Shown here: positions 24,501-38,400 of the stretch, piece after piece
Layout of the letters: every line of letters starts with the position of its first letter
Position numbering within the stretch: position 1 is the first letter of the stretch
NCBI GenBank assembly: GCA_977030845.1
Contig: OZ365111.1
Coordinates: 7,192,001-7,256,000 of the forward strand
Direction: 5' to 3'
DNA: 64,000 nucleotides
From: Fimbriosthenelais zetlandica
Taxonomy: Eukaryota
Position numbers and translations under genes: made by a program
Notes under the pieces: generated by a model
What the model saw: only the letters and a program-made list of their open reading frames with translations
Databases searched by the model: none
Told to the model about the DNA's origin: nothing

Positions 24501-25108
24501 TAACTATATCTTAGAATACATTCACGTGAGATTCATCATTTGAGAATTCATCTCCTTCAATCATATAAATTTTCAACATTTCACTGTTTCTAAAATGCAG
24601 ATAAATGTTCAGTGGGATGAGACTTGTTCAAAATTAAACCATGATAATTATTTAGGGTGGTTTTTCTTGGGACTATTTGTAACAAATCTTTTTGACCAAA
24701 GCTCAGCTCACAAATTACTTTATAAACCAATTTCCCATCGGAAAGCCCATAATCATTTTGGGTACATATCTTAATCCAGTCCTCAATTATCTATAGTTGT
24801 ATATATGTAATTGCACACTGTGCGCCTCCATACATTTTCATGGAGATCATAATTCTTTTCTTTTTTCATGTACATGATACAGTTTGATCTGAGACCTTTG
24901 TTGTCCAATGTGTCACAACCAGGGAACAGGAAAACAAAATAAACATCTGACTATAAACAGTATCTCTCTATTATACTGGGTGCAGTGACTCGGTACAACT
25001 TCCCATGCGCAGTTTGCGTTGATATGCTTGTCTTGAGCCATGGTTTTTTTTTCACTAAAGTCATCAACATACCAATGGCGGGCAAGAGTGTTTTGAGCAG
25101 AGATTTTG

Positions 25109-26419
25109 CTACAACCGTGTGTCTCCATATCTCTGTACTTGTGGATGCACATGTGCAGAAGGCTTAAGTCCAGCATCCTTCTGCTGAATATCAAAAACAA
25201 ATTTTTTAACTCGCCCAAGCTCATTTTCAGTCTCGGCCTCAACATGGCCGTTCACCATAGGTCCGTGACCGTTCATCATAACGGGTTCAGCAATGCCATT
25301 GAACAGTGGCTCTTTAGAGTTCATCACAGGACTCTTTTCAATAATTTTCCCATTGATTGCCACTTCTTGGGGACTGGATATGGAATCCTGTACAGAGAGC
25401 TTCTTCGGGTCTGTCGTAAAGCCATTCGATGGCTTCCTAGCTACCGGTGGTGGCTGTTTTTTAGAGTTTGGGGACCAGGAGGGCCTTTTCCCATTGTCCT
25501 TTTTACTGAATCTTCTCTGCTTTGGAGCCTCTTGCTTCAAGGGCTGCACGATCGCCACTGAAATTTCGGATTCTCGCGAGTCCCTGAAGTCAGAGGGCGG
25601 ATCTAAATTGGAATCACTGGAATCTATGGCTTTGTTTTCATAGCCAAACAATGAGGAGTTTTTCTCATTCACAAGTGAATCGTATTTGTCATTTTCATCT
25701 GACTTCTTTTTAAGCTCGTCTATAACCTCCTCTTGCCAGTTGGGAGCAGCCTGGCCTCCTGCCTTCTGCTCTGGTTCATAGCTGAGATTTATTATGCCTG
25801 TCTTTGCAGTTGTCTTGGGTGTCACATCGCCTTCTACCAGTGTTTTTTCTCCTAAAACTTCATCTGCTTTATCTATGGTATCAAGGGAAGCATTATCAGA
25901 TTCCTCCCCAGTTTCCATCCGTAGTTCCGGCGGTGGACCGTGACCATTGGCATAGCCATTGAGGCGGAAGCTCCTGGGTTTGGACACACGGTCATAGATC
26001 TCTATTGAGTTAAGACTGTCTTTACTTTGAATCCTTCGCAGAGAACTTGTACTTGGCATCAAGCCCATCGGATCCTCTATCGAGTCCAGTGAGATATCAC
26101 CATTGGCAATGCGTTTACTTTTCTTCTTCTTGGATGCAGCTCGAGGGAGGGTCACATCAGTTGAGCTTTCCCCAAAACCGCCCATCATGAGGGCATGGGG
26201 GTGCTCAATGGTGTGAAGAGTGTTGTAGTGATTGGAGAAACTAAGTGCACTAGCAGAACTGTCCTCTCGTAACAAGATGTACTTAGGGTCTGCAGAGTAT
26301 TTGTCGCTGCTTGTGTCGCTGTCGAACTCTGGTCGCCATTTACGTCCGTTGGTGACATAGCCCCTTTTAGCAGGATAGTCCACACTGACTGCTGATCTAA
26401 CTGAACCCGCTGAGGATAT
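25109..26419 (-). CDS. Terminal coding exon (436 aa + stop) of a large unidentified gene; disordered, cytoplasmic-tail-like
   Basis: A strong acceptor ttttttcctcttctttcag at 26420-26438 leads into a phase-0 open frame ISSAGSVRSAVSVDYPAKRG...QRYGDTRL*. This is by far the longest ORF in the window (1311 nt). It is S/D/E/K-rich with RRFS, KRPSW, PPPVARKP and GYENKA motifs, and no globular domain is recognised. Upstream exons are mostly not visible. Confidence 0.85.
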   Translation of the reverse strand: MSSAGSVRSAVSVDYPAKRGYVTNGRKWRPEFDSDTSSDKYSADPKYILLREDSSASALSFSNHYNTLHTIEHPHALMMGGFGESSTDVTLPRAASKKKKSKRIANGDISLDSIEDPMGLMPSTSSLRRIQSKDSLNSIEIYDRVSKPRSFRLNGYANGHGPPPELRMETGEESDNASLDTIDKADEVLGEKTLVEGDVTPKTTAKTGIINLSYEPEQKAGGQAAPNWQEEVIDELKKKSDENDKYDSLVNEKNSSLFGYENKAIDSSDSNLDPPSDFRDSRESEISVAIVQPLKQEAPKQRRFSKKDNGKRPSWSPNSKKQPPPVARKPSNGFTTDPKKLSVQDSISSPQEVAINGKIIEKSPVMNSKEPLFNGIAEPVMMNGHGPMVNGHVEAETENELGRVKKFVFDIQQKDAGLKPSAHVHPQVQRYGDTRL

Positions 26420-28843
26420 CTGAAAGAAGAGGAAAAAATATTAAGTAAAAGACTTAAGATTGCAAGGAATAAATCTGATTTCATGCAGAAAAAAAATGAC
26501 GATAAGGATATGAACACTTAGAAATAATCATTTCAATTCACACTAATGTGTACCACGAAGACTACCTGTGTGGAAATGCCAACATAATAATAGCAATTAT
26601 TCATGTTTTATTGCAGTGACCGTCAATCAAGAACTTTGCCCCAAGAGACTAATTACCATTAGTCCATTAAGGCTTATTCAGCAGTTAAATGGAAGAAGGC
26701 CAGAGTATTCATGGCCATTGAATTGTAGAATGCTAGCCAGTTTATGGCGTGATGCAGGATCCAGAGAGGAATCAGTTTTATTAGAGACACAAAGTATCTA
26801 CCACTGAGGACGTCCAATTACGATGCAGGGGACTAACACCAGGAATAGATGACCTAACATTTAACAGGCTTCCTCTAATCTGATGCGATTACTGCTTATA
26901 CGGAGGTAAACTCCAATCAATCACTCAAGTCTTATGCAAGAATATGATCCTTATGCAATGGTCCTTGGCCTACAATCCAACTCCGCCCAGAAGGACAACA
27001 GTGCGACTTTTGTTGGAATGGTATGATCATACTATATTCTGATCTATGTTGTATCTGTTCAATATTTCAATATCGGCGGAGTTTGAATCATTTACTGAAG
27101 CTATTGCTATTCCATTCGTTATTCCAAAGGATTTCATTCCACAAAAGTGCTCTTTCAAGGATTCAAGTTTCGCTTTCCAAAATAAGGCTAAATTCAACGA
27201 CGAATATTGCAAAAAGTAAGCCTGTTAAACGCTTCAATAAAGTCCTTAACACATTTTGGAGATCTATGGAAACAAACTTTCAAATTTAATTTCCATGTTT
27301 TCAGTCGTTATGAAGTGGAATCCGACCGGGGATTAACCAATCTCCGGCAATTCTTCAGGAAGCCGTTATTACAACCATATTTACTTTCCCGGAATAAGTT
27401 CAGTTGGGTCAGTTAATATTGGACCAATGAATCCTGAAGGGAAGAAAAAGCTTCATGCTGCAAAATGTTCTGCTGAAATTCCCAATGCATAGATCCATTC
27501 ATGTTATATTCCAAAGCCTACACTTCGGAAAACAAATTTGAATTCTTTGTTATCAAAGACATCAAAAGGGCAAGGGACACTTCAAGCAGCATGCAATTTG
27601 AGGCGATCCATTGTGAAGCATGTCGCTCAAAGTTCCAAATCCATTTTGATGTGTCACAGAATGACATAAGAAAAGGTGGCACTGTCTGCTAATGATATCC
27701 GGGAAAGTGTGGTTGATAATTACCACATATATAGACATTTACATTAGGTTAGAGCTCTGAAATCATGTCTTTGTAAACGTTTTTTTACTTCTAAATGATG
27801 ATCAAAAGGAGGAATAGCAGATATATAAATAATCAGATATTAATCTCTGTGTGTTACAGTGGTAAATGATTATATTCCATCCATCTCAGAGCTACAGTTT
27901 CTCCTTCAGACCTGTAGCTCATTAGAGCTCCTGCCCATGTTATGCAAGTGTCTTCTCACATCGTATCCAGCTAGCTCCGCATTAATAGCTAAAGCAAATT
28001 GCGTTGATTAGACTGGCCATGCTGAGGCACTGCGATGAATAAGGAACACTGGCCAACATTTGATTAAATGACAAAACTTGGTTATATTAATGCAAATCCA
28101 AATACTGCCAAATAAGATAAACACCAGGGACCCAAGAGTGAATATTTCTCATAATTCCTGAATCCATCCGTTGGAATAAAATGCATCCACTTAATTTGAT
28201 GACTGCAGGAAAAAAAATTTGTAGACTTGAACTGAACAAGAAACCGGAGACTTGCTTAGTGGTTAGCACCCTTTCGACTGGCTGAAAGATGAGAATCCCA
28301 AGAGGATGTCTTTTTGTGGGCCAGATGGATTTTATTGAAGAGGACATCAGATTAAATCATTCACATATCCTGCAGGATATTTACCTGTAATTCCAGAAAC
28401 TAATTCCCAGGGCCTCTGGGCTCTAAATGGTGGGCTGGCAGGACTAAATGTATGCCTAGGTAATGCGATACCACTGGCTTGTTAGCAAGACATTGGCCCA
28501 TTGTGTCAGATGGCATGAAGGGGCTTGTTCGAAAGGGGCAAGGCTTTCACAGCCAACTGCTCGGATGACCCATTTATGCACTGAGCAACTTGTTTCAATC
28601 TGTAGCTCAGCTTTTTAGGAGATGCCTAGGCTATTGTCAACAAGAGGGACACAATTAGGCAAAGCTCGTGCTCACTCCAGACGACTCCATTAGTGCCCTC
28701 TATAGGAGGCGCTACGCCCACAAGCTTTGGGTAGCTATAAAGGGAGCAAAATAAGAGGTCTGGCTTCCAGGAGCTTTTACAGTTTGAAGCTGCAGCAAAA
28801 AGACCTTTTCTCATGTCAAAGTATTTACCTGATCTACGCCTAA

Positions 28844-28904
28844 AGCTGGGACTTCACTGCTGCGATTTTGCTTGCGACAAAATCGCAGCAGTTGAGTCGC
28901 TGCT
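28844..28904. mobile_element. Minimal 61-bp hairpin element, PIF/Harbinger-type MITE relic
   Basis: Perfect 15-bp arms ACTGCTGCGATTTTG (28856-28870) and CAAAATCGCAGCAGT (28878-28892). The ends match at 8/10 (AGCTGGGACT vs AGCAGCGACT) and TAA flanks both sides (28841-28843, 28905-28907). Confidence 0.55.
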
Positions 28905-29282
28905 TAACTCTACATACATAATGTATAGCATGATCAGGGAATACATGCAAGCTTACTTGCATGCGTGATGGACCGAGACAATAGTCCTAGAAGAAGGACA
29001 TCCTTCCTTTATTCTGCAAAGGAGGAACATCATCATTCTGAACACGACTTGTCGACGTGACATGCTACACATGTAATTATTCTCTTTGCTAATCATGTTG
29101 ACTACTGTAGGTCAATTTGACTAAGGATCTTCCTACGGAAAGCTTAGCCTACACAAGCAAGAAAGCGAGAAAGATAGAGCTTTGAATTCTGTTCGAAGCG
29201 ATGCCGCATCTCACAAGGCATAAATTAGTCGCACATGCAAAGTCATCCGGAGTTTTCCTCCGAATATCCTTTTATAATCTTC

Positions 29283-29438
29283 GATGGTCTAAGATGGTCA
29301 AACTTAGATGGTCTAAGATGGTCAAACTTAGATGGTCTAAGATGGTCAAACTTAGATGGTCTAAGATGGTCAAACTTAGATGGTCTAAGATGGTCAAACT
29401 TAGATGGTCTAAGATGGTCAAACTTAGATGGTCTAAGA
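29283..29438. repeat. Perfect 24-bp minisatellite, 6.5 copies
   Basis: The unit GATGGTCTAAGATGGTCAAACTTA starts at 29283, 29307, 29331, 29355, 29379 and 29403, with a half unit at 29427. Confidence 0.97.
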
Positions 29439-32400
29439 ATAAGACAGTGTATATGTGTCGTACAAGACAGGATAGTTGGTATCCACAGGAATATAAGATT
29501 CAGTTACATATCCTTGGTCGTAATATGCACATTGGAATTACACCCACGAGACATCTCCAATGAATAGAAATGACCTTTATTTATCCTACAAACCGAGCGC
29601 ATCCTCTCTGACATACATGCCTCTTGACAAATCCATCCGGACAATTCCATACAAATACATAACTATTTGTGTACTTATCCAATTTTCAATGCAAACTCAA
29701 AAAAGGACAGTACAATAAAGGCAACTTAAGGCTATCTACTGAGGAGAGAATATTCAATTATATTCAGCACAGGTCTGGAGTCTGAAACTATCAATTCCAC
29801 CTGTCGGAACTAATCGGGGATCAGTGCTATAAAAGTGCTTCAAAATGAAGATTTTTCCCCTCATAGCTCACGTTAATGAAGCCTGGCCCAAAGTTAATGT
29901 GCATTTTTAGGACTTATAAATCAACTTTATTCATTGTTTTATAGTGGTGGGTCCAAATGCTTATGATTGGTTACCGTGGGCATAGGCGAAGGAAGTTGTT
30001 TGCTAAGGCCCTGACTCATCAGTTGTCTCTGGCAGCGGATATAGCCAGTGCCAATAGGGGGGAAGGGGAGGGAGAGCAGTTCTAGATGCCTATCTAGCGG
30101 GAGATGGCAGGCTATAAAGTATGGGACTTATTTGATGCAGCTTCCTTTCAGCCCGCCAAAAGCTTCATAACACACAAGTTGGCGCTGGTAGAATGGGCTG
30201 ATTGTCTTGGCCAATTGCCTCCCAATGGAGACAAGCATAACACGCCCAAGGACAGTTACACCAGTCGTATATCTCTAGTCATTCCTGCACATGTAATATG
30301 ATAAAGTTGGCTACAGGCATATCGACACCCTACATCCACTTCTATATATCACTCTGCTCCTTTGATGCTATCCCATCCGATGGACTGAAATATCATATCT
30401 GTAGTATTGGCTTTGTTACGAACTGTATACTGTACAGAATATAAACCAGTCTACAAAAGTGTCTCTTTTTCCATTGGAACTATATCTTTGGTATAGACTG
30501 AAATACGATTCCAGTTCATATATACGAGTCTATACACGAAGATTATAAAGGGCATTTTTGTCCACCAATGTCTATATCAATCCATAGAAAGACATTGGCG
30601 AAGATATCGACCCCAGAGATGGTCAAGAAAGGTCAGGATTCTACAAGGTAAAAAAGAGAGATACCGAGTGGTTGTATCGTTTTATTACAGCAACCCCGGG
30701 AGGTTTTAGCGTGCCCGCTGAATGTAGGACACATTTTGCTGAGAATATAAGGTTGCTTCTCACCAATATAGCAGTCTTCTTCTGGGAATAGAATCTTAGC
30801 TAGAGAAAAAAAATCTCTCTCAATCTTCCCACCTTCCCCCAGCCACTTTGCTTCCTCCACCACCACCCACCAACGAATCTCCCAGTCTTTCTACTCTAGG
30901 CCTTACACTGACACTCTTAGAACATTTTCACCCATCTTCCACCCTCTCTCATCATCATCACCTCTGACCAGAAACCCACCACTGTTACCATAGCAACAGA
31001 TGAAAACAGAGTTGGGGTGTGCATGCAGTCCATTGGTGGCAACATGGGTGAGGGGGGGAAAGCGTGATCAAGGGCCTATCAGCATTCTGGGTGTTTGGGC
31101 GGTCTTGTAGCGAAGCAAGCCATCCCGTCTTGGTAATGACCAAATGAAAGAAGCTGGCAGTGGGGCATGTGACAGGGAACAGGAATCTATTACACACTCA
31201 TCTATCAGATCCATCTAAGTTACCGGCCGACCGCCAGGTGTGAAAAGCCTTGAAGATACCTAATTATAGCGAATATATTACCAGAGAGGGCTGTGAACCC
31301 GGGACTAATTCCCTTTTTAATGCACTACTCAGGAGGGCCGAGGAGAGATACTTTAGTTCAGAGTGGCAAGGTTCTCAGTGACTGAAGGCTCTCAGATCGC
31401 GTGAGCATGAGCTCTTCCTTTCAAAATGAATAGGGCATCCTCTCTTTTGTCTCTCATAAATAGCACAACAAAGTTAGTATAGAAAAAGGCAAAACCACAT
31501 TGCAGTTTTGTGCCTTCAAAGGCTGCATTCTCTCTGTCTTGGGCTAAAAACCCCATTACAGATAGATTCATAGTTGTGGCAATGGCTTGCTCGATTTCAC
31601 CGCGTTTCTATGGCAGAGAAAAAAAGAACGCGGGAGATAAATAGTAAAATGTCAAAAGGGAAACCATAATTTGAATGTCAAGTCTTTGAGCACGTTAACG
31701 ATTGTGCTGTCAGTGGTTGATAATGTATGGAGAACTTCCGCCGCTATTCCCTTTAGAACTTAACTCATTCCCTGTGTGAAATTAAAATCCTCTGAAGCTC
31801 CTTTGAAGATGAGTATTTAATGAGCTTTTAATGCAAATGAGAGGCGTGGCTTACTTGATATACCTACTTCTCATTCCGGGATGTGATTCCGGCATGAGGA
31901 TTCCGAAAGCGGAACTGAGCCTTTCCTTGATTCACTGGCGAAAGCGTATACATTCAAGGCAAAGTTGTCGGCATTGCCAATGGAAAAATATTCTAGTCCT
32001 GCGAAGAGTAAAGGGAAAAGAAGTCTGGAGGAAGGAAAGAATGGGGGAGATAGAGAGAGGGGTGGGCTGGCAGTTACAGGCTTTTCCTTCAGCATGCATG
32101 TTATCATTCAAGTCCAGCTACCAGTGACTAACTCCCTAGAGATGCTAGGGGGCTCAAGAGGCGGCCTTCTGGAGACAACCCGCTGGAACACGAGAGCGTC
32201 GATAAGGCTACTGCAGTCAACTCCTAACCAAAGTATAACATTTGCATGGAAAACAGACTCAGAGCTGAAATCAACTTTCCTCTCCAAATTCCATCTCAAT
32301 TGATCATATTGCCACTGAAGCATAATTGAATTACGTTGATTTAAGACTGGAGAAGAATGGAGGTAATCAAGATCATTGATGATCATTTTTGTTTTTAAAC

Positions 32401-35400
32401 TACCAAATGAATCGCGTGTTTTTCAGGGGAAGGTTTTTGAATCTTGCAGAAGGTTGGCAAACTATGAGGTGATTAAAGGAACGTCAGAGTAGAATATGAA
32501 TTGTTGTCAGTTTTGGCTCTTCTAACGCAAAGGTCCAATAGCCGAAAACATATGGGTGGCTATACCCTCCTTAGACCTGCGAGTCATGCAGACTTGGTCC
32601 CATAGGGAGTCTTGCCCGGAAGAGATAGTTGTAGACTCATATGTCACCAGTCCACTATGTATCTCCCACATAATCCCCACACAGATAAAATATACACCGA
32701 GAGGAAAATGTCTACCTGACAGATTCAGGTGAAGATAATTTACAGATGCACATTTACGCATCCATTTATTATGCTGCTCAAGCTTTTTAGCCCATTTCGA
32801 AATTTAGCCCGTAATTGGATAATAAGATTAAAACAGGAAGAGGGATAATGAATCTAAAATTAGATATAATCGTGATTTCATTCAAATCTAAGTAATTGCT
32901 CTAATTAGTGCTACGTGACTAGAGAAGTAATTTGGGCTATTTCCAATTAGCGAAAGGCAGGAGGGTGAAGTAAAAACCTGATGAGATTTAAATTGACTTC
33001 TTAATCATAGCTTTCTTCTCTCTTCCTCGTGTTACATATTGCTATGTGATATGGAATGTAAATCTGACTTCCTGGACTGATTTATTTGGGTTGTCATGGG
33101 GCTACCAATAGGTTTGCATGCTACTAATAGAAATGATAATCCATTGGCTGGCCAAGAGTCACGCGACTTGGATATGGCTAAAACATCATATCGCATGATA
33201 CGGCATCAAAATCACCCGAGTGATTCATCGCTAATTTCAAAATATCACCCGCCAGTCAACATGGATGAGAAATGGGATTTCTCTAGCATAATCAAGTGCA
33301 TAGTCTATATAGACACAGTAGCAATAATGCCTTTTGGCTGCAGGGCCATAACGTTATTTCATTTTGACTAAGCAGATCCCTCTCCTACTTGCATGCCAAA
33401 AAATATGCCACATCGTGATCTTCCATAGGGTTCAGAGATTTAACCTTTCCCAAGCCACCCTACCTTCTATTCAGCCAGAGATTTTCACAAACAAAATACC
33501 ATTTTCTCTCAACATTACATAACACATCTGCATTCCCTGGTATGCCCACTGTTTGCCTGTCAGTTCATTTTAAGCCCTAAATCCTATGTGAAACCCCACA
33601 CTTGTGTTGGGGATTCTTCTCGTGGAATTTTAAAAACCCCGCCAGTGTATTTGCAGTGTGGTATAATGTTACAGGCTGGGAGGTTGGCGTTGGTCGATGG
33701 GAAGCATTGTCAAGCTCTCACGTGACTGTTATGAAGTTCTAATACAGAGGAAGCAAACATTGTTGGTAGAGCTGAAGTTAGTGCGCGATCGCATGTGGTG
33801 TGTGCAGTTTCATATGTATGTACACGATACAGGCTTTCTTACCAACGCCTGGGGTGTACACACCACTCCTAACCCAAACATGGGCATCCTTAGGTCAGAT
33901 GGGCTTAAATGAGAAAGATGAATACCGCTAAACTCTCAGAAATGGAAACCTAAACTATAGTACAACCCACTCTATAATAAGCAAGGATATAATATACACA
34001 AACGTCAAAATTCCTTACTCTAACTTCTAAGGTATTTCATAGAACATTATACTTATTCAAGAAGATCCTCTTCCTCAAGAAGTTGGTAGCCATGTTCATG
34101 CATATGTGGCAGCATGCAGGCCCATTACAACTTGATCTTGCCCCAACCTTGATGTTCCTGTACATATAACGTGCCCCTCTGAGTCACATCTTTCTTAGTC
34201 ACGCTTGTCCAAATGCATGAACGATGTCTTCTGTAGGATATCATCAGCAGGCAATTTGTCCAAATGCTGTACAGTCATCATCGATGTTGATAATATATTG
34301 CCGGCAGCCCACCCCATCCCCACAGGGAAGCATCACTGTCTACCCATCCTATTATCACCATACTGATAGTGCATTTTCTTTTCAGACTCCCTTTAATTAT
34401 GAAGACACATTGCCCCATCTTAATCACTTTTTAATCTGCAGCGGAGCAAATTCATTAAAGAGCATAAGGGAATGTGTTGACCAGTTGATGAATGAACTGT
34501 CTTCCCAAGAACCGAGGTTGGGGTTGGGAAGAATATCTAGCCAGGAGCTGTTCTATGTATAGGCCTACTACACCCGAAAAGGTTCTTCTAAGACCAAGGC
34601 TGTTTGTATGCCCGACTTTGCTCCTTTCTGGTGGTCCGTGATACTTGATGGTGGTCATTTCCCCCTCCTTGTTGATTACGCCAGCTCCTGATCAATGTCT
34701 GTGATGGGCCATTTATTCTGCTTTCGTATGAGTCCACATCCCCGATAGCGTCTTCTCATATATAGGTCCACGCCCATTCCCACACTAGCGCCCTGTGTCA
34801 ATAAGGCTGGTCAAGGACTGTACTCAGAAAGGACAACCCTGAGAAGCTGCTTCCATCAAGAGATGCCTTATAAAAGAGGGGTAGAGATCAAATAAACAGT
34901 TTGTGCCTCGTAAGTCAAGGCTGGGATTTACCTGTGGAGCAGTTAGTGGCATCTTGTTTACAGCTTGCTTGGCTTTATCAAATTAACCTTCACACTGAGG
35001 GCTTTATAATGGGTGGGGGTCGAGCCCTGTATTTGCCTGTATTGATCTGCTGGGGGACTTATGCCTTTTTCCATGGTCAGCTTCTGGCCTATAGTGAACC
35101 ACTGTTCAATAAAAGCCGAGTATCGGAGTCGAGCTCAACTTGGTGGGTTTCTCCAGGGCCACTTCCCAGGGGAAATCACTCAACTCCTCCTCAGGCCGAG
35201 GGTCAGGAAAGGATGGATGTGGAAGGAAAGCCGGCCCAACGGAGACGGAAAATTAAATATCAAAACTTAGAGTCAATGAAGACTCATCCCGATTAAAATG
35301 CTGGAGGGCAGCGGAATCGATCTGTTGCTTATCACAAGCCATCAGCCATGTGTGGAGGAAGACTGGCCAGCGGCATGTCATAAAGCAGATATTCACACTG

Positions 35401-38400
35401 GGATTGATACTGACAAGGTCAGGGCCTCCTGATATCAAGGCTGGATTAGACGAGGGTCAGAGGCTGCAAGGATCGGAGAGAAACACACACACACCACCCA
35501 GATAAAGTCTGACTGATGTGGCATGCATTTTTTTCCTTCCAGAAACCATTCTCCAAGAACGGGTTCTCCAACCACATTGATTGAAAGGTTAAAAAAAGTA
35601 CCAGATAAAGAAACTGTACAGCTTGAACACAGAGATGGATGCTTCTAAACTTACTTCACTCTTAAAAGAACAAACTTTCTTCCTTCCATGATAGACCACC
35701 AAAGTGTTACATGTAAGATACATGGGTAGACTTGATGGTACCTCGCTCTTCTTCTGAAGAGCCAGATTCAGCAGGCTGATAAAGTCACTTAACCCAACCT
35801 ACCTTTAGATCTCCCCCCTTATTTATCAGCCACCAATGTCTTCAGTGTTCTGGGAACAATCAACTGTTGGGGGTCAACTCCTCGTGACCAATGGCCTAAT
35901 AACGCTACTAATCTGCTCTTAAAGAGAAGTTAATCAAATAAAGCCTGATGAGATAGTGTTAATCTTATTCCTCCTTAGGCATGGATGGACTTTCCACGTG
36001 CGCAGGAACCGCACTATCTTACAACTGCAATGACTCAGTCTTTGCCTCAGGGACATAAAACAAATGAATAATCTTATGGCCCTGCCATCGAATATGCACA
36101 TTTTCAGCGCAACCCAAGGGAAATAGATATTCCCATTTCAATGCAGATTATTCTTCTTTATATGCTTTCGACATTGAAGGTAATCCTCCTATATCCAAAA
36201 GGACATTCAAGAACGATTCAAGTTGATTGGAAAAAAATAAAGGGAAAAAGAACAACTCAGAGGTGTGTATGCTTTGAGATTGTCATAAATCGAAAGCAAG
36301 ATGAATCACACCTTTGGTATTTCATACAAATCAAGAGTGGATGTGCCCATAAGGAAAATGAATCTTTTTGTGCAGACAGACCCAATAGTCTTTCCACTTT
36401 TCTAATCATTCAGACAACACTAGTGAATGTGGTTCTTCCCTCCAAACGAAACACGCGATCCCATACCTTTCTTCACATTGTTTCAGAGAAGGTGTGGTGC
36501 CTGCTTGCTAGAAAGGGGTTTGAGAAGAGGAAAAAAACAAGAGGAAGCAGTCCCTCTCAGTCAACAAAATGTTACCTCCACATGAAAGGGACTTCCCTGT
36601 AGTTCAAACAAGAAGAATATGGAGAGGAAAGTTCTCTATAAGAATATGATGAAACTGTAAGATGGAGAGGCGTTGCTTTTCCTGCCCTCTTTGAGAGCAC
36701 GCGATGGTAGCAAAAGAAGCTATTCTGATGTTCTTCTCCAAGACAAGAAACGCGTGAGAAAATCTGAAATTAGGAGGACAGAAAAGGCGAACCCACAGCT
36801 CTCTCGCTGCGGTATCTTGAAGGGAGAAACTGAATAATAGAATGCTATTTCGTTCTATAAATGAAGAAGATGTTGGACCATTGTTAGAGGGATGTATAGA
36901 TCAATCTGATACAGTGGGAAGAATGTATTGGCCTCTGGATCAAATAAATTCGCGGTCATGAATATGTAACAATGCTGATAAGACCTGTGGCTTCCCTTCC
37001 TTGCTGGATTCTACAAGGAAGATGTCAAGGAAGGTGGCGCTGAGTTTGTATGTTCATCACGTTCTCACACAGTGAAGACCTTTCCAGTTGATGTTAGCAA
37101 TATATAACAGGGTCAATATTTGTATGTGACTGCACCCTCAACGAGATTTACTTATACACACTCTTCCATGACTCAGTTATTGCATTCCAAAGCCTAGCAT
37201 GAAATTAGTATGACAATGTTCCCAGTGTTAAAATATCTTCATCTTTTTCCTCCGAGTGTTCACTGAAGGGCTGAATATTGGACGGTGAAGAGGGAAAACA
37301 GCCACTCAAATATAATACCGACAAATCAAAAATGATCAGAGCTGTTGATGCAGATGTCTGGTCTATGTTTTCCGCTGATGAGAGATCTGTCTTACTTTCG
37401 GATTATACTCGAGAGATGCAAAGTAATTGCAGTTGCCTTGGAACTGAAGTCACGATATGTGATCATTTTCTATTTTTTCTTAATCATCTAAAAGCTTGCA
37501 TTATTTGAATGCTGCAGAGTGGCAACCAGTTAAAATTGTACCTTATCATGCGTATTTTGGTAAAACCTACAGACCGAGAATCAATTTCTGATGAACAGAA
37601 CACAAGGCATGTACAGTGAAAACTCTCTTTTCTTCGTTCTGCTCTAATATTCCCTTGGCTAGATACGGAATAACAAGGCATATATTTTCAGTGATTTACT
37701 AATGACTGAAAAGGGGTTAAATCTCGGATCTGTACATCCGATCTGCAGAGACTGAAAGCTCACAAAGAAAAGGCAGAGAGGCAGAACTTAAATATAAGAC
37801 AAATATAAATTTTAACTGACATTAACAAGGGAAAGTTCAATGATGGACTACTTTTCCTGTCTTGAATGTCCTCATAGAAAGCTGTGTCAAAAGAAAAGCT
37901 AAAAGTAATGTTGAATTGAAGTGAACTAGACCAAGCATCAAGTCGACAGGCTTTGCCAATAGGAAGCTATACTCTTGAACCTATCCAAAGACTCATTTTT
38001 AATGGAGAGCCCTTTGCTAACACAGGCTCCAGCATCATCTATTATCTGACAACAATGGTTTCCACACACCTGAGACCTGCTACGAGGATGCTTCAGAGTT
38101 GCTACAAAACTTAGAGCTCTAGTAGTGGCAACTATTTCCCTAAATAACTCACCTACTGAAACACATTGGTCTCCCATTACATCAAAGGAATATGGACATT
38201 AATAAATTTTGAAATATAACTATCAATAGGGATGGAAACAGAAATTAATTAAATTTGTATTGCTACAGATACTCACGAGTCTTAAACAGGGCATTTAAAT
38301 AAACCTAAATATATTGGAAATGATTCCTCCAAACGATGAGCACTGCATTTAAATATTAATGGCAACTCAAAGTGAATACATATGAAAAGGGAGCTTAGTT

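Noticed and set aside
34796-34960. Possible solo LTR (TG...CA, TATAAAAG, AATAAA)
   Set aside because: There is no target-site duplication, no second copy and no PBS or PPT.
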